DNA of 64,000 bases from Camelus ferus (taxonomy: Eukaryota). This document shows, one piece after another, positions 50,671-64,000 of this stretch. The notes below the pieces were generated by a model. The model did no database searches, was not told where the DNA came from, and saw nothing but the letters and a program-made list of their open reading frames with translations. Position numbers and translations under genes: made by a program. Location: assembly GCF_009834535.1 (NCBI RefSeq), contig NC_045697.1, forward strand, positions 76,448,001-76,512,000, in the 5' to 3' direction. Every line of letters begins with the position of its first letter. The stretch's first letter is position 1.

Positions 50671-53600
50671 CAGCTTGTGTAGAAAAATAAAAAGCAATAC
50701 ATGCAACCCAATTCACTCTCAACCCTCAGAGCCCTGTAAATCTGATACGTGTGAGCAAGTTGAAATCACTGAGAAGAAGCATCCTTGCCAGCACACGGCT
50801 TCTAGTCCACCTGTATGGCCCCAGAGCCAAAAGATCTGTGCCACCTGTCCCTTCCTACGGGAGACCAGTGATACGGGAGACCAGTGAAAGAAAAGCTTTC
50901 CTAAATGATTTCAGTTAGGAGCAAAGACACTCCTCTGAATTAGAGGGTATTTAAATTATGCAATCCCCTAGATAATTTAGGCATCAACCTACTATTAAGG
51001 AGGAAATGGATCAAAATTACTGACTCAATTCCCCTGATACTCATTCAACCTCTATATTCCTTGGCCTATCCAAATAGCCTCAGGGATATGCCCTCTCTCT
51101 CTCAGGTTGGAAATAAGCTTACAGTTTGACATGCCTGTAGAACAAATGGTCTTGAAAGAAAATTCAAATGTTTATTGCATCTTAGTGTAACTTCTATAAA
51201 AGCTTTAAGCCATGTGGTCTCTGTTGAAACAACTCAGCTCTGCTGATAGAGTGTGGAAGCAGCCATAGACAATACAATACCTAAGTGAATTGTCATTGGC
51301 CGTGTTTCAATAGAGCTTTATATATAAAACTAATGTGGGGTCACATTTGGCCTGTAGGTAGTACGTTGTGGACCCTCCCTGCTCTAGAGGACTCTTGCTT
51401 CCAGCTATAGCTGCCAGCTGACAACTGCATAAGAAACCTCAAGTGAGACCAGCAGAAAATTGCCTTGTTGAGTCTAATCAACCCAAAGAACAGTGAGGGA
51501 AAAAAAAAAAAAAGTTTGTTTTATACACTAAATTTTGAGGTGGTTAGTTACATAGCAGTATACCACTAAAACAGTGGTACAGTGCAATGGTCTTTAATTT
51601 TTTTTTTTTTTTGCTTGCATATTCCTTAAAGAATTTTGAAAACCTCTGTAGACTCATGCACATTTTTAGATTACCACCCCAAACTTTTCATTATAAATTT
51701 AAGTCATTGCAAAGGATATAATTTCCAGCATAGTAAAGATATGAATAATTTTTTAAAAAGCTGTTCTATCGCTTTTTAAAAATATCAAGGAAACTCCAGT
51801 GCCCCTTGGGATGTCTTCAGGCAACCTTGGAGATTAAAGTATGAAGTACCATGATTTGAAGATCCCTGATACTGTAGGAACAGTATTACACTGGAAGCAA
51901 AGAGATTTGGACTACAGCACTTGTTCTGCCACTAACGACTTCTGTTATCTTAAGTCACTTACCTGCTCTGGAAGTTTGGTTTAGTGACTTTGAAAGTCTC
52001 CCATTCATGGATTCATTACTTCATTTCACTGTCCTGGTGATGAACTGGGCATCTACTAAGCTTCAGGCACTGGATGGGGCTCTGAGGGTGAGTATGATAC
52101 CACCAGTGCCTTCCAGGAGCTCACAGTTTAGTTCAGCTACTCATGACTCTTGGTAGATTAGTTTAAACCAGTCTTTCAAGCTGAAATGGCACCTAGGGCA
52201 TTTTGGAAATTTTGGGAGGCATTGATGCTACACTCTGTAATATATAGGGCATCCTGCTCAGCAAATCATCCTGAGTCCTAAATGACTTTCCAATACCCAA
52301 CCAGATTTTCATATAGGTGGCAAATCTGTTTATTGTTATCTCAGCCTTGGTAACTCCATTTAAAAAGAATATTTTTTGCATGGTTTTAATAAATACTAAA
52401 ATTTCCAGGAATGCACTATGTAAAACCAGGAAGATTATATTTTTCTTCTGAACATTATCTGGAGAAATTTAGCATTTTGGAAAAAAGAAAGAGCAAACCA
52501 TAAAATTTTGAATTTCTGCAGGGTAATCTAGGATTCCCAATTTTTAGAAAAAACTACAAATGTATGGGTGAATGTGTTGATTTCTATTTTTTTAAAAAAT
52601 CTTTGGTGCTAATGTTGTTTTCACAAAATCTGATTAACAGTAAATTAATTTGTCATTTAATACATAAATCTATCACATTCTGAAAAAAAGCACCATGATT
52701 TCTAAGCGCTTTGCTTTCTGAACAAGTTAGAGAACCACTATTCTGGGCAATCAGGAGACACCAAAGGCTTTAAGTACAGTGGCATTTATAAAGTTCTCTT
52801 TGATAGCATGAAGAATTGATATCAATTCATTCAACAAATAACTGCCCTGAGTGTATACCAGGCTCCATGCTGTCACAGCCTGGGGAGAATTTCTGGAGTC
52901 TCCCATCTCCCTTCCTTTGCTCCTCTTCCCACAAATGCAGGCATGTGTCTTGATGTGGGCAAAGCATAAACTCCATTACTGTCGTTATGTGGCCTTGAGA
53001 AGTTGCTTAAATTCTCTGAGTTTCTGTTTTATGAACCCCAGAAATGGGTGTACAAATACCTATCTTCCAAGGTTTATAAAGATTAAGTGTGCCTGGCACC
53101 TAGCAGGTACTTAACAAATGTTAATTCTGGGCCCCTCTCCATGTCTCTTTAAAACCTAATCTCAGAATACACCTGCCCTCAGTCGTTGTGTGAACCATGA
53201 GTCAGTGTCTTCCCTCTAGAACTATTTACATTTTAGTTTTAGAATTTCTAACGGTGGGTTGAAAGACTGAATTCCACTTAAAGAATTTTGAGCAAGGGAA
53301 GCTGGTAGTTCAACCTGCTGGGAGTCAGGATCGTGCACACTATTCATATAAACACAGAGCTAACAGGTCATGCCAAGGACATGGTCAGTGGTGAAGTGTG
53401 CACTGGGATTGCCACCTCTTTACAAATGGTCATCAGGGGCTCAAAGGAGGTTTGTCGTGTGAAACTTCCCTTTCTGTTTTAAAAATCTGAGCATTACCAT
53501 ATAGACAGAGATTCTCACACTCCAGATTCACTTAAGAATCTTCTGGGGAGATGTTTTAAATGCAGATTCTTGAGCCCCACCTAAGACTTTCTCAATCAGA

Positions 53601-53706
53601 ATCTCTGAAAGTTGGGCCAAGAACAATGCATTTTAACAAGATCTCCTATCTGGTTCTCACAGAGATGGATCTTGGACGGTCCTTTCATAAGACCTGGAAG
53701 AAAGTA

Positions 53707-53929
53707 CAGTTGACCCTGAACAACACAGGTTTGAACTGTGCAGGTCCACTTATTTGGAGATTTTTTTCAATAGTAAAAACTACAATACTACAGGAGCTGC
53801 AGTTGATTAAGTCTGTAGGTGCACAACCAAGGATACTGAGGGCTGACTGTAAGTTATGCTCAGATTTTCTTACTCCCATTTTTTCACTGTTGGCACCCCT
53901 ACCCTCCTGCATTGTTCAAGGGTCAACTG
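53707..53929. mobile_element. MER8/Tigger-family MITE
   Basis: TIRs CAGTTGACCCTGAACAA and TTGTTCAAGGGTCAACTG, with TA duplications at 53705-53706 and 53930-53931. Confidence 0.85.
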
Positions 53930-56900
53930 TATGTACAACTGGGTATTAGACAGATAAGGGTTTAAATCTTAAGTCCACCACTAACCAATTAGGCGACTTT
54001 GAGCAAGTTTCTTACCCTCTCTAAGTCTTAATCATCTCACCTATAAATCGGAGACAATATAACTTAAGAGGTTCTTAGGATTCAATTAAATATCCCGAGT
54101 TATCCACACCACAGACTGCATGGCCTTTTCCCGCTTCAGGTACAAAAACTGCCTTCTCATATACTTATGGAGAAACAAGCCCAGTGCATCCATCCAGATG
54201 GTCATGATGGAGTCTTCTCACTTTAAATGATTAAAGACAATTGATAATGCTGGAAATAAACCAAAAAGCCAAATGATATCTTAACCTCTTCTATCATGTT
54301 TTACTCCCGTTTTTGTCTTTGTTTTTTTTTTCTCTTTGTGAGGAATTACATACATACACACTCCCTGCCTGAAAGTGCCGAGCTGTATTTGATTAGTTCT
54401 GGGCAGAAGCATGTTAGGGCATCTGAAAACCACAACTAGAGACATCTATTCTGATGGCCAAATGCTCTGGGTATTTCCTTTCAACCGAACTTGGTGGGGG
54501 GAAGTACTTTGATATAATGTACATATGGAAATATTTTACAACATTCTTAAAAAGTTAGGTATTTTATTCAGTATATATATAAAACATACTTTTCAATGTG
54601 TGCAAATATGGGTAAATCAATGTCTTAAAGAGTCCCTTGTCATTTCCAAGCTAGAATTGTTTTGTTTTGTTTTGTGAAAAGGCCAAATTGACAGCCCTGG
54701 AGACAGTGGTCTTTTCTCTGGGCTTCTGGCAGACAGCAGGAGCAGCTGCTGGTCAAACGTACCCCAGATACCTTACCTCTGGAAGGATCATTTCTGGAGG
54801 TGAGAAGGCACTTTGATTTCTTATTCACTCCAAAAAGTGTCGGCGTCGGGGATGGTGGTGTTTTGGTGAGCCAGTTACTCAAGCCTTTGGTTCTGGGGCC
54901 ATTGCCACATTTCACATGTGCAACCAAATTACAATCTGCGTTCTGGTTCAGATTCTTTTGAAAAGATTAAAGCCTGTTGTTTTAAATGCCATTCCTAATC
55001 ATGGGGTAACATATTCCTTGGAAAATGTTCTTCATCACAAGAATTTACTAATCATGGTTACTTTCAGAGAAAAGGAATAGAGAAGGGAAGGAGATGATAA
55101 GGGGGCGATGGCATTTGATTTTCATGTTTTTAGCCTTTGTACTGTTTGAATTTTATAACTGAACAGGTGACCTTATCTTTTAATCAATAAAATAAATGAA
55201 GTAATTAAAAAATAGGAATCCTCTGTATGATGATGCTGTAGGCCACTTTTGTTATTTGTTCTTAAAAAATTTCTGTATTAAGAAACAAAATCTAATAAGT
55301 TTACTTTAGAAAGTTTAACTAGAAATTCTTCTCTTTTTTAAGATTTAATAATGAAAACTTGCCAGACAAGTACACATCTCTCTCTCTCTCTCTCTTTTTT
55401 TTTTTTTTTGCTTTTATAAGTCTATATTACTTGCAAAGCAACTAGATATAAAAGAAAATATCCTGGGTTTGATATTTTATTCATCTGAAAATATTGCTTT
55501 CCCAAGATTCTTCTTTCATCATTAAAAGAGTAAACCATTTGCATTTTAAAGATAGGCTTGCCAGCATGAGAAGCAGCCTTTTCCGTTTGTGTAATGTTTC
55601 ATTGCACTTATTTGATCATAGCATTGAGGCAAGTTTCTTTTAAATAAGTTTGCCTTTTTATTATAGGCAATATATATGGTGCGAATACAGCTTATAAATC
55701 TCAAGGTATCAAAAATACATTTTGCTGCAGCTAAAATTATACAGGGCTGTAATTTTTATAAAAGAGAACTCCTGCCCTGCTGTGGCCACAGAAAGGAATT
55801 ACATAAAAACACAGTTACTGAGTTGAATTGCAACAGCTTTGCAGGGAAGCTAAAACTGTGCAGATTTACAGTTATTTTCCTTAAAAAAATTTAATGTAAA
55901 AAGGTGTGTATATATATTACATATATTTCAGAAAATTACATAGGTAATTAACTATGTATTAATTAATTAAGTTTTTAAAAATCTGGATCCCTATACTACA
56001 TAGTAACCGGCTGTTCGCAGCGGCTGTCTCAAAGTCTTTACCTCCTCTCCAAACCAGCACTCACTCCAAGTGATCTAATAGTATCTGAAAGCATAGAAAC
56101 CACTGGACAAGAACTTCTGCAGCTCCCTTCCCCTCTTTGGCACCTCAGAATGTTAACGCTCATAAAAGCGTGGGCTTTGGACTCAGCAGGCCAGGGCTCT
56201 GCCGCTTTCTGACTTTGTCAAGCAAGTTGACCATGTTTGTCAATCTCTATAAACCTCAGTTTCCTCATCTGAAAAATGAAATCACTAACACCTATGAGAT
56301 GGTTTAAATAAGACAATCTAATATAATTCCTCTGGGTAGACTCTCAGTGTTTTTTGCCTTATGCTTCTAATCTTCTTTCTGCTCTCTTTCTTTAGAAGAT
56401 GGCTCAAATCTCTTCCAAGGTAAACTTCACCCCTGGTGAGCTCCATCCACACACTCTCAGCTACTTAACCTTCTTTCCTTCTGCCATCTTCAGTCCCCTC
56501 CCTCTCCGCAATTTTCTTCCCCATCTTACCCAAACGTACCCAGGTCCCACCATCTGTATGAACCCCTCTCTTACCACCTCAGCCCTCCTCTTCCTTTCAT
56601 ACCCAGCTGTGTTGGGAGGGATAAATCCTATATTAATTCACTACTATTATTTTTTAAATCTGCATTCACTTTTCTCTGCACTCTGGCTTCTCCTGACATC
56701 ATGGTACTGAAATTAATGAATTAATTCACCAAACATTTACGAGTATTCATCATGATACCATGTTCCAGGACTGTGCCTAGTACTAGAGTCATATCTGTCC
56801 TCAAGTCACCATAATAATATACTTACTGGCTAAAGGTGACCAATGACCAATTGTCAAACCCAGTGGCTTCTGTTCAGTTTCACTCCATGTGGCTGTGACT

Positions 56901-59599
56901 TGCTGGAAACTCTGCCTCCTGAGCTTTCTTAGCTCCTGCTCTCCCAAGGCTCTTCTGCTCCTTTGATCTTGCTGTATCAACTTTGCAGTATCCTCTGGAT
57001 CATGTGGGTGATTCCCTGGGCATCATCTTCAGCAATCTTCCCTCTCACTCTTTTAACTTTGCTCTGTGAACCTCCTATAATTACAGCCACAGTGGTGGGT
57101 ATGTATGGGCATTTTTCTGAGAAGGGAGCTCATAGCTTTTATCAGCTCCCCAAGGACATCCATGACCTTCCCAAGCAAACCCCCTACCTGCTCCAGCTCA
57201 TGTTTCAGCAGTTCATCCACTGACATGACTCTATCACCCAGATGCTGCTGACTCCTGGATCTCTAACCCTGGCCTTTTTCCCAATCCCACCAAGGTCCGC
57301 TCCTGGAGGGTCCTTCTAGAATAGTAGCTCTCACCAGGCAGAGGGCAGATCCTCAGCCTCCCGCTCTTTGCATCTCCCTCGGAGAAGACTTGTGTGGGAT
57401 GGAGGTGATGGGCAGGGTGTGCACCGAATCACAGTCTCTGGGGGAAAGAAGCTCTTCTCCGACTTGGCTCTTGTATCCACTGAAGCATTGCTTGAGGCTC
57501 CAGGAAAAGCCTTCTTCTTTGGTCCAGCTCCTGGACATAGCTGCCCAGTTGCCTAGGGCCATTATTAAACAGTTCACTTTCATCAGAGTCCACTCTTCCC
57601 GAATAACCCAGCCTCATATCTGTTGATCAAATTCAACTGCTTCTACCTGTGAAAGGTCTTTGTAATCTATTACCACCAACCTCCCTGCTCTCCTCATTTC
57701 CTCAGGCTATCACAGACCCTCGTCGTCTCTGATCTGGACTCCCACATCAAGGTCCTAAACAGTCTATCTGCCTCACATCTTTCTGCTATCCCTCCATGTT
57801 CCAACACACAACTGCTTATTTCAATTTTAAAATAATCCTTCAATTTTTTTTATTGCCCACATAATAAAATCTAAATGCATCATGAAAGACCCACTTAAAT
57901 CAGGCTCTCTCTTTCCTTTTTGAGTCGTGTTTCTAGCCATTCTTCCTTTCCTCTCTGTCACACACAACTGTTCATCTTCCCTTGGGCTCTCTCACCTCTC
58001 TGCCATTGCTCAGACTGGTCCTCATGCCCGAAAAGCTTTTTCCTGACCCTGAAGGAATCCAGCTCCTCCTTTGATGCTCAGCTCAAACGTGACCTCCTCT
58101 GTAAGCCTGCCTTTTCCCACCTGAGAGAATGAATCACTCCAGGACTCTCAAAGCAATTGTCCAAACCTCCAGTAAGCATGCATTGCTCACTCAGCTCTGC
58201 CATTCACAGTGTGTGTGTTTCTCTCCTGATTAGAATGACAGCTTCTTGGGGGCAGGAATCAGGCACAGTTATCCTGGCAACACCGTTGCATAGAACAGTG
58301 CCTGTCTCTGCTACATGTGCCTCAAATGCTTGATGGATGAAGAAAGAAATGAATGGCGAACATTATCATCACCAGCACTACCTCCTGCCCTCATGGGTTC
58401 CCACCTCTCCTGAAGAGAAAGCAGATGCTTTCAGAAAATACCCACAACTTTCACAAAACAGGTATTAAAATATGGAAAGGATCTATGAGATAGAAAAGAA
58501 AGAAGACAGGAATGAATGAAAACAAACCAAATTTTTCTTCTGGTGCAACTGCTTAGTTCTCTCTAGTTAGCATCTTGATTGGCGTATTGAGATGTGTTCA
58601 GTTTCTTAGAAGGAGCACCCTGGATGCAAGCTGAAGGGAACTGGGGCAGGAGATGATGTCTGGACTACAAATGGTAGTGATGGAGAGGAGGGAACAAACC
58701 AAAGAAACATTAAAGAAATGCCATTGTTAAGATGACACATTGAAGGGTGAGATGGAAGAGCAAGGATTTGTTCATTGATTCATTCAACTAATAACTCCTA
58801 CTATGTGCCAGCACTGTGAGAGGTGCAGGGAATTCAGTGGTGAAAAACATATTGTCCCTGACTTCCAGATGCCAAGTTTCTGATACTGCAGTGGACTGTC
58901 TGATGGTGCATAGTAGTAAACATGCAACAACTCTTACTTAGGATGGAAGCCAATTTGGGAAGCATTACTATTTATCTCTTACAGAGTACAGCAGTGAACA
59001 ATACCTGGGTACAGAGACAGATATGCCGATGATGAAACACCAGAGAGAAGATATCTGTTGTGTTCCAACAAAATGTTATTTAAATTTTTGATCTTAATTA
59101 CAAAAGCAATATATGTTTATTGTAGAAAAATTGGAAAATACACACAGTTCCAAGGAAGGGAAAAAGATCTGTAAACTCATCACATAGCTATTATTTGTGT
59201 CCCTTCACACTTTTTTCAATGTACAACGCTCAGAAAATGCATACAATAACCACTGTGCCAATACCCTACATAGATCTTGTGGTCTGACTTTCATCACTTT
59301 AAACCTATTGTGAACATCTGTCCATTTCAGAAAATAAAATTCTACCATATCATTTTTAATGGTTGTATAGTATTCTACCCTATGGATGCTTCATAATTCA
59401 TTTCATTAATCTACTATTTTCAATTGAGTATTTTAAATGTTTTACAAGTAACTGATAATAACGCTGGAAATTTATTTGGCTAGCTTAAATAAATGTCTCG
59501 AAAATGATAGTGTCTTTGGGGCCCACAGTAATTCAGAACTATGCAGTGAAGGGATTCTGGGAAATAGTTTCAGCTTAGCTAAATTGATATGATACAAAT

Positions 59600-62500
59600 C
59601 CACCAGTCTATCCTTTGTTAACTTTGTATCCAAGTTGATCTTTTTAAAACCATATTTAATTTAATTTTCAAATAAGGTCAATAGCAACACTATACTTCTT
59701 CCTAACATAATACAATGACCTCTCATACAACTATAACATGCTCTCTCCAAAGAGAAAGCAAAGACCTTTTATCCATTTTGGGACGGTAATCATCTGTCTT
59801 TTGGATAAATCATATTCCTTCTTTGATATCCAGTATCTTAAATACTGAGAAGTTAAATGCTATCATCCAATATATTATATATGATAGGAGAATGGGAGAC
59901 AAAAATAGAAAAAAATGGTTAATATATACAAAAATATTCATATCAAAATAAGAAAAAATACTCATAACTATTACAGTGCTTGTTTCTACAACTGCTCACA
60001 TGGACATAGCTGGGATTTATCACTACAGTCTTCCACTACCCATTCCATCTTCCTTTTACCCTCAGAAAAAACCTCAGCTGGCAGTGGTTCCTTGCCTGCC
60101 AGACTGACCTAAACCTTATTGCATTGTTAAGTTTCCCATAGACTTGAATCACAGAATATGGAGGTACTAAGGCACCTCAGGAAACCTCCTTCATTCTGGA
60201 CACACTCTTCTTTATTGTCATTTTGGGGTGATAATATAATTTCCCCTTGATTGTCAGGATCAACCCCCCTATTCAATACAGTACTCCTTACTTACTTTTT
60301 GATTCAATGGCATGAGGACACTGAAGGGGCAAGGTTACAGTCTCATCTCTAAGTAATGGAACCACTGATGTGTCCCTTGGTGGAAGGATTCCTCCTTTTA
60401 GGACTAAAACTTCTAGACCAGAAGAGCCTAAAGTTGTAGGAAATGGAAGGCAAAAATTCCACTAGTGGATCACTAGAAGTAGCAGTAAGAAGATTCACTG
60501 CCACCTTTTATACCTGATTCCTGGTTCTAAGAGAAACATCATATATTGACTAATTTACAGCACATGCTGCATCTTGGGAGACATTGTCCCAGCCCCAAAA
60601 GGTGTTGAAATTAATCTGGCATCATAACTGAATTTTCCAAAGGCCATTCCACCATTCCACACAGTTGCTTCAAAGTGATGGCACACATGCTACGACCAGT
60701 GAATTCCATGAACATGAATCCACTGCCACAGTTCATTTATTGTCAAACAAGTTCCTTGGCCAGGAACAATGCTGGTGGTACACTACAATGCTGAGTAAGG
60801 CATTCTTCAAGTCCACACAATAGTGATTTTGGTAGCAGCATTGTGGGCAAGGAAGGAAAATTTGTATCCAGTGTGAATATCTATTTAAGTAAGAACCAAG
60901 TGCCTACTGGAAGTGCTGCTATGTGATTAACCTGCTACCAAGTGGGTGGCTCACCCTCCTGGAGAATGGTGCCAGATTGTGGGCTCATTGATTTCTACTG
61001 TTGGTGGGTTGGACACTCAGCAGTGGCTCTAGCCAGATCAGCTATGACAAGTGAAAGTCCATGTGTAACCTCCATCTCTGCTGCCTTTGTTTGTGGACCC
61101 TTTGGCCCAGGACACAAGTGACTGGGAGGAGAGAATGACTCATGTCCACTGGATGGGTCATCTTATTCACCTGAGTATGTATATTCTTCCCTACATAGAT
61201 TGCTCTTTGGTGGCTATTTATGTGGGGTACAAATAGCTTCACTTTTGTACCAGTACAGAGAGGTTTATCCACATGCCTTTCTATTGGACCTCCTCAACAA
61301 CTTTCCAATCGTGTTCCTCCTGACTCCCTGGCCATCCATTCAGCCAAATGATTAGCACTGCCCATGAATCACTATAGATCTGCAACTCTGGCCATTACTC
61401 CTTCCAGGCAAAATGAAAAACCTGGTACAGTGTTAACATTCTGCCAGTTGGGAAGATAACCCCTCATCACTTGCTTCAGGTGAGGCTTCCCCCAAGTGAG
61501 GCTGTAATGCAAAGCCATTTGCTTTCAGGTAGTGTCAACACATTATGCAGAACTATCTGTAAAAGAGGCGCCCATTTTTTCATCTTCAGTTAACCTATCA
61601 TAGGGCACTCTCCATAATGCCATATGTATAGGCTGAGAGAGAAGAGGCCGTGTGGCAGGAATGTGGGCCATGTGTATCTGGATTGTTTCTCATGCAATTT
61701 ACATGTACCTTCAGGACTGACTCGAGCCTGATCTCCTGCATAACACTTTCATTTGATGATGGAATACTGCTGTGGACACCCATGTTTATGGGTTGATAGG
61801 TCAGATGATGCCAAATTGGTGATGACCGGTCCATGTTTCATGGTAACTTGTCACCCTTGGTCAATAGCTTAGTCTGTACTAAGCAAGCCAGAGGCTAATT
61901 TCTCAAAGGAAATTATTTATCTGCAGAGGATGGCATAGGTCTGCGCTAAAACCCTATGGCTCCATGCTGTAATTCACCTAAATGGACTCATCAAAAGCTT
62001 CATAGAGCATCCTTATCTGCCACAGACAATTCAAATGATATTGGATCTGCTGAGTCATATGGTCCAAGTGACAGAGCAGTTTGCTTGGAAGGCTGGACCT
62101 ATTGCATAGCCTTTGCTTGTACAGGGTCCTACTCAAAATCAGCAGGTTATTGGATTACTCACTAAATGGATTGGAATAACATGACCAAGTGAGGTATATG
62201 TTGTCTCCAAAGTCCTAAGTGTCTCCCTAAGCATTGTGCATCTTTCTAAGTGGAAGGAGGAGTTAGATGCAGCAACTATCCTTTACCTTGGAAGGAATAG
62301 CTCACATGTTACAAACTACTAGACCCCTAGAAAATTCACTGAGAAGCCCTTGATCTTTTACTGTGCTTATTTTCCATTCTTTGTCAAGTGTGTGTCTTAC
62401 CAATGTATCTAGTGTTGTTGCTACTTAGATCACTAGGTCTAATCTTCATAATATTAATGCAGTGGTATAGTGTGATATCCCGTGAATGAAAAGGCAATAG

Positions 62501-63040
62501 AGTTTCCCACAAATCAAATTATAACATAGGGTTGGAAATTTGATATAGTCCTGAGATAGGGCTGTGAAGTTGTACTGCTGACCCTACCATTTGAAAACAA
62601 ACTTCTTCTGTTGGTCTTTACCAGTGTGTAGATCAAAAAACATCTGGCAGATCAATAGCTACCTAATGACTATTGGGGATGTGATGTGCTCCAGCAATGA
62701 ACCCATGTGTGGAACAGCAGCTGCAGTTGGAAGCATTACATGACTAGGTTTACATTAATGCACTGCTATTCTCCAAGATCCATCTTTCTTTCACAAGGGC
62801 CAAATTGGCTAACTGAATGCAATGTGGTAGGAATGGCCACCCTGCATCTTTCAAGTCCTTGAGGGTGGCATCAACCTGTGTAGTCACTTCTGATTTATCA
62901 TTTTGGAGGGAAAGGCAGTTTTGTTGGCTCCATTTAGCCTTTCCCACCACTAGAGTCCTCACTCTGTGGGTCAGAAACCAAGGTGGGGAGTCTTCTCATA
63001 TCTGAGGATGTTTATTCCAATCATGCATTCCAGAGCTAAT
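59600..63040 (-). mobile_element. Decayed ERV-L internal region (pol RT/RNase H/integrase plus dUTPase)
   Basis: Minus-strand remnants VVGKAKW..ATLKDLKDAG, QQYNFTALSQDYIKFPTLCY, VKLFVPHINSHQR..QVNKMTHPVD, and dUTPase-like GLEVLVLKGGILPPRDT / VDPDNQGEI. Many frameshifts and stops. Confidence 0.85.
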
Positions 63041-63739
63041 CCCAGTGTCCTCACTACATCTGGAAGGAGAACTAAAATGAGAGCAGTGATGAAAGGGAAC
63101 TTGTTCCATGTGTTCTCTGTGGTTACAGTGGGCATGTACCTATGTTTTACTTGCAAATTTTAATTTTAAAAGTTTAAAATGACAATAATAACGACAAAAT
63201 CCACAACTTAATATTGCATCTGAAAGAGTTTGTATAGATCATGAGACATAATAGTACCTCACACAGTGCCTGGTATAGAACTACCCCTCAAAAAATACTG
63301 GTTGAGCTGGGGAAAATAACATAGTCCTGCTTATAGGAAACCGAGAGGAAAACAGCATAGTTCAAGAGACTGTCATCTAAACTGGAAAATGTCTTTGGAA
63401 ACAAGTCTAGGTTAAAACTGTATCTTATTATCTGACCAAAAAAAAAAAAAAAAAAAAAAAATTCCTCTCTACTACATACTTAAATGTAGATATAGCATTT
63501 ACGAAAATAGGGGAAGACACGGGTTATTTAAAATAGTATTTTGGTCACATCAAGGTATCTGCTTTAGGCATCTTGTGGAGATGATCTGACATTTGTGATA
63601 GATCTAAACTGGGTACATATTTTTAAATTTTATAATATATTAATTTACCAATTATAAGTGACGATTGTTATCATTACTATCACCACTATTTCTTCAGGAA
63701 GGAAAAGCTCAGCAACATAGGACTTTCTCAAGCTCTTGA

Positions 63740-64000
63740 AAAATCCGGTAACAAAAAAGGCAGAGCTTTCCAAACGTCCCCATTCATCCTCCCGCTCTGG
63801 GAACCTAGAGCATCCCACGTCCAATCAGCTTCCAAATCCCCACCGTCGCAAGTGGGAGGGGCTCAGAAGGATTCGGTTCCTCCTGCTTCTCTAGCTTGGC
63901 CACGTCTGAAGCCCTGTAGGTCCTTGAAGGTACATAAATCACCTGCTTATACATTGGCAATAACTGAGCTTCTCATTCAAATTAATATTTCGCAAGATTC
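63740..64000. promoter_or_regulatory. Edge of a CpG-rich promoter (possibly OSTC, by synteny only)
   Basis: CpG density rises at the window end. CCACGT at 63815-63820, CCAAT at 63821-63825, GGGAGGGG near 63854, GCCACGTC at 63899-63906. Confidence 0.45.

Noticed and set aside
61042..62962. Domesticated retroviral protein gene
   Set aside because: The pol remnants are broken by frameshifts and stops, and the YIDD motif is lost.

Overview
Mammalian genomic DNA, most likely camelid: it carries three tRNA-derived SINEs resembling the camelid Vic-1 type and short cetartiodactyl-type L1 3' ends. The only protein-coding gene I can support is RPL34 (+ strand, 5 exons, about 43062-47990, 117 aa, 5'TOP start, CpG-rich promoter). 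The 43 kb upstream is a repeat-rich, gene-poor region (MIR, L2, L1M, MLT1/MLT2, Charlie/MER, SINEs). It contains candidate regulatory elements: a CTCF site, a TCF/homeobox-rich block and a hairpin. The RPL34 promoter also has a strong minus-strand splice donor, suggesting a divergent lncRNA. Downstream lie a decayed ERV-L pol-dUTPase region (minus strand) and the edge of another CpG-rich promoter, possibly OSTC by synteny recalled from human. The most notable unexplained object is a ~530-bp polyadenylated, TSD-flanked retro-insertion of unidentified origin at 28843-29371. I found no evidence for a new multi-gene biological system. Repeat family names come from recall of consensus sequences, not from a search, and most repeat boundaries are approximate.
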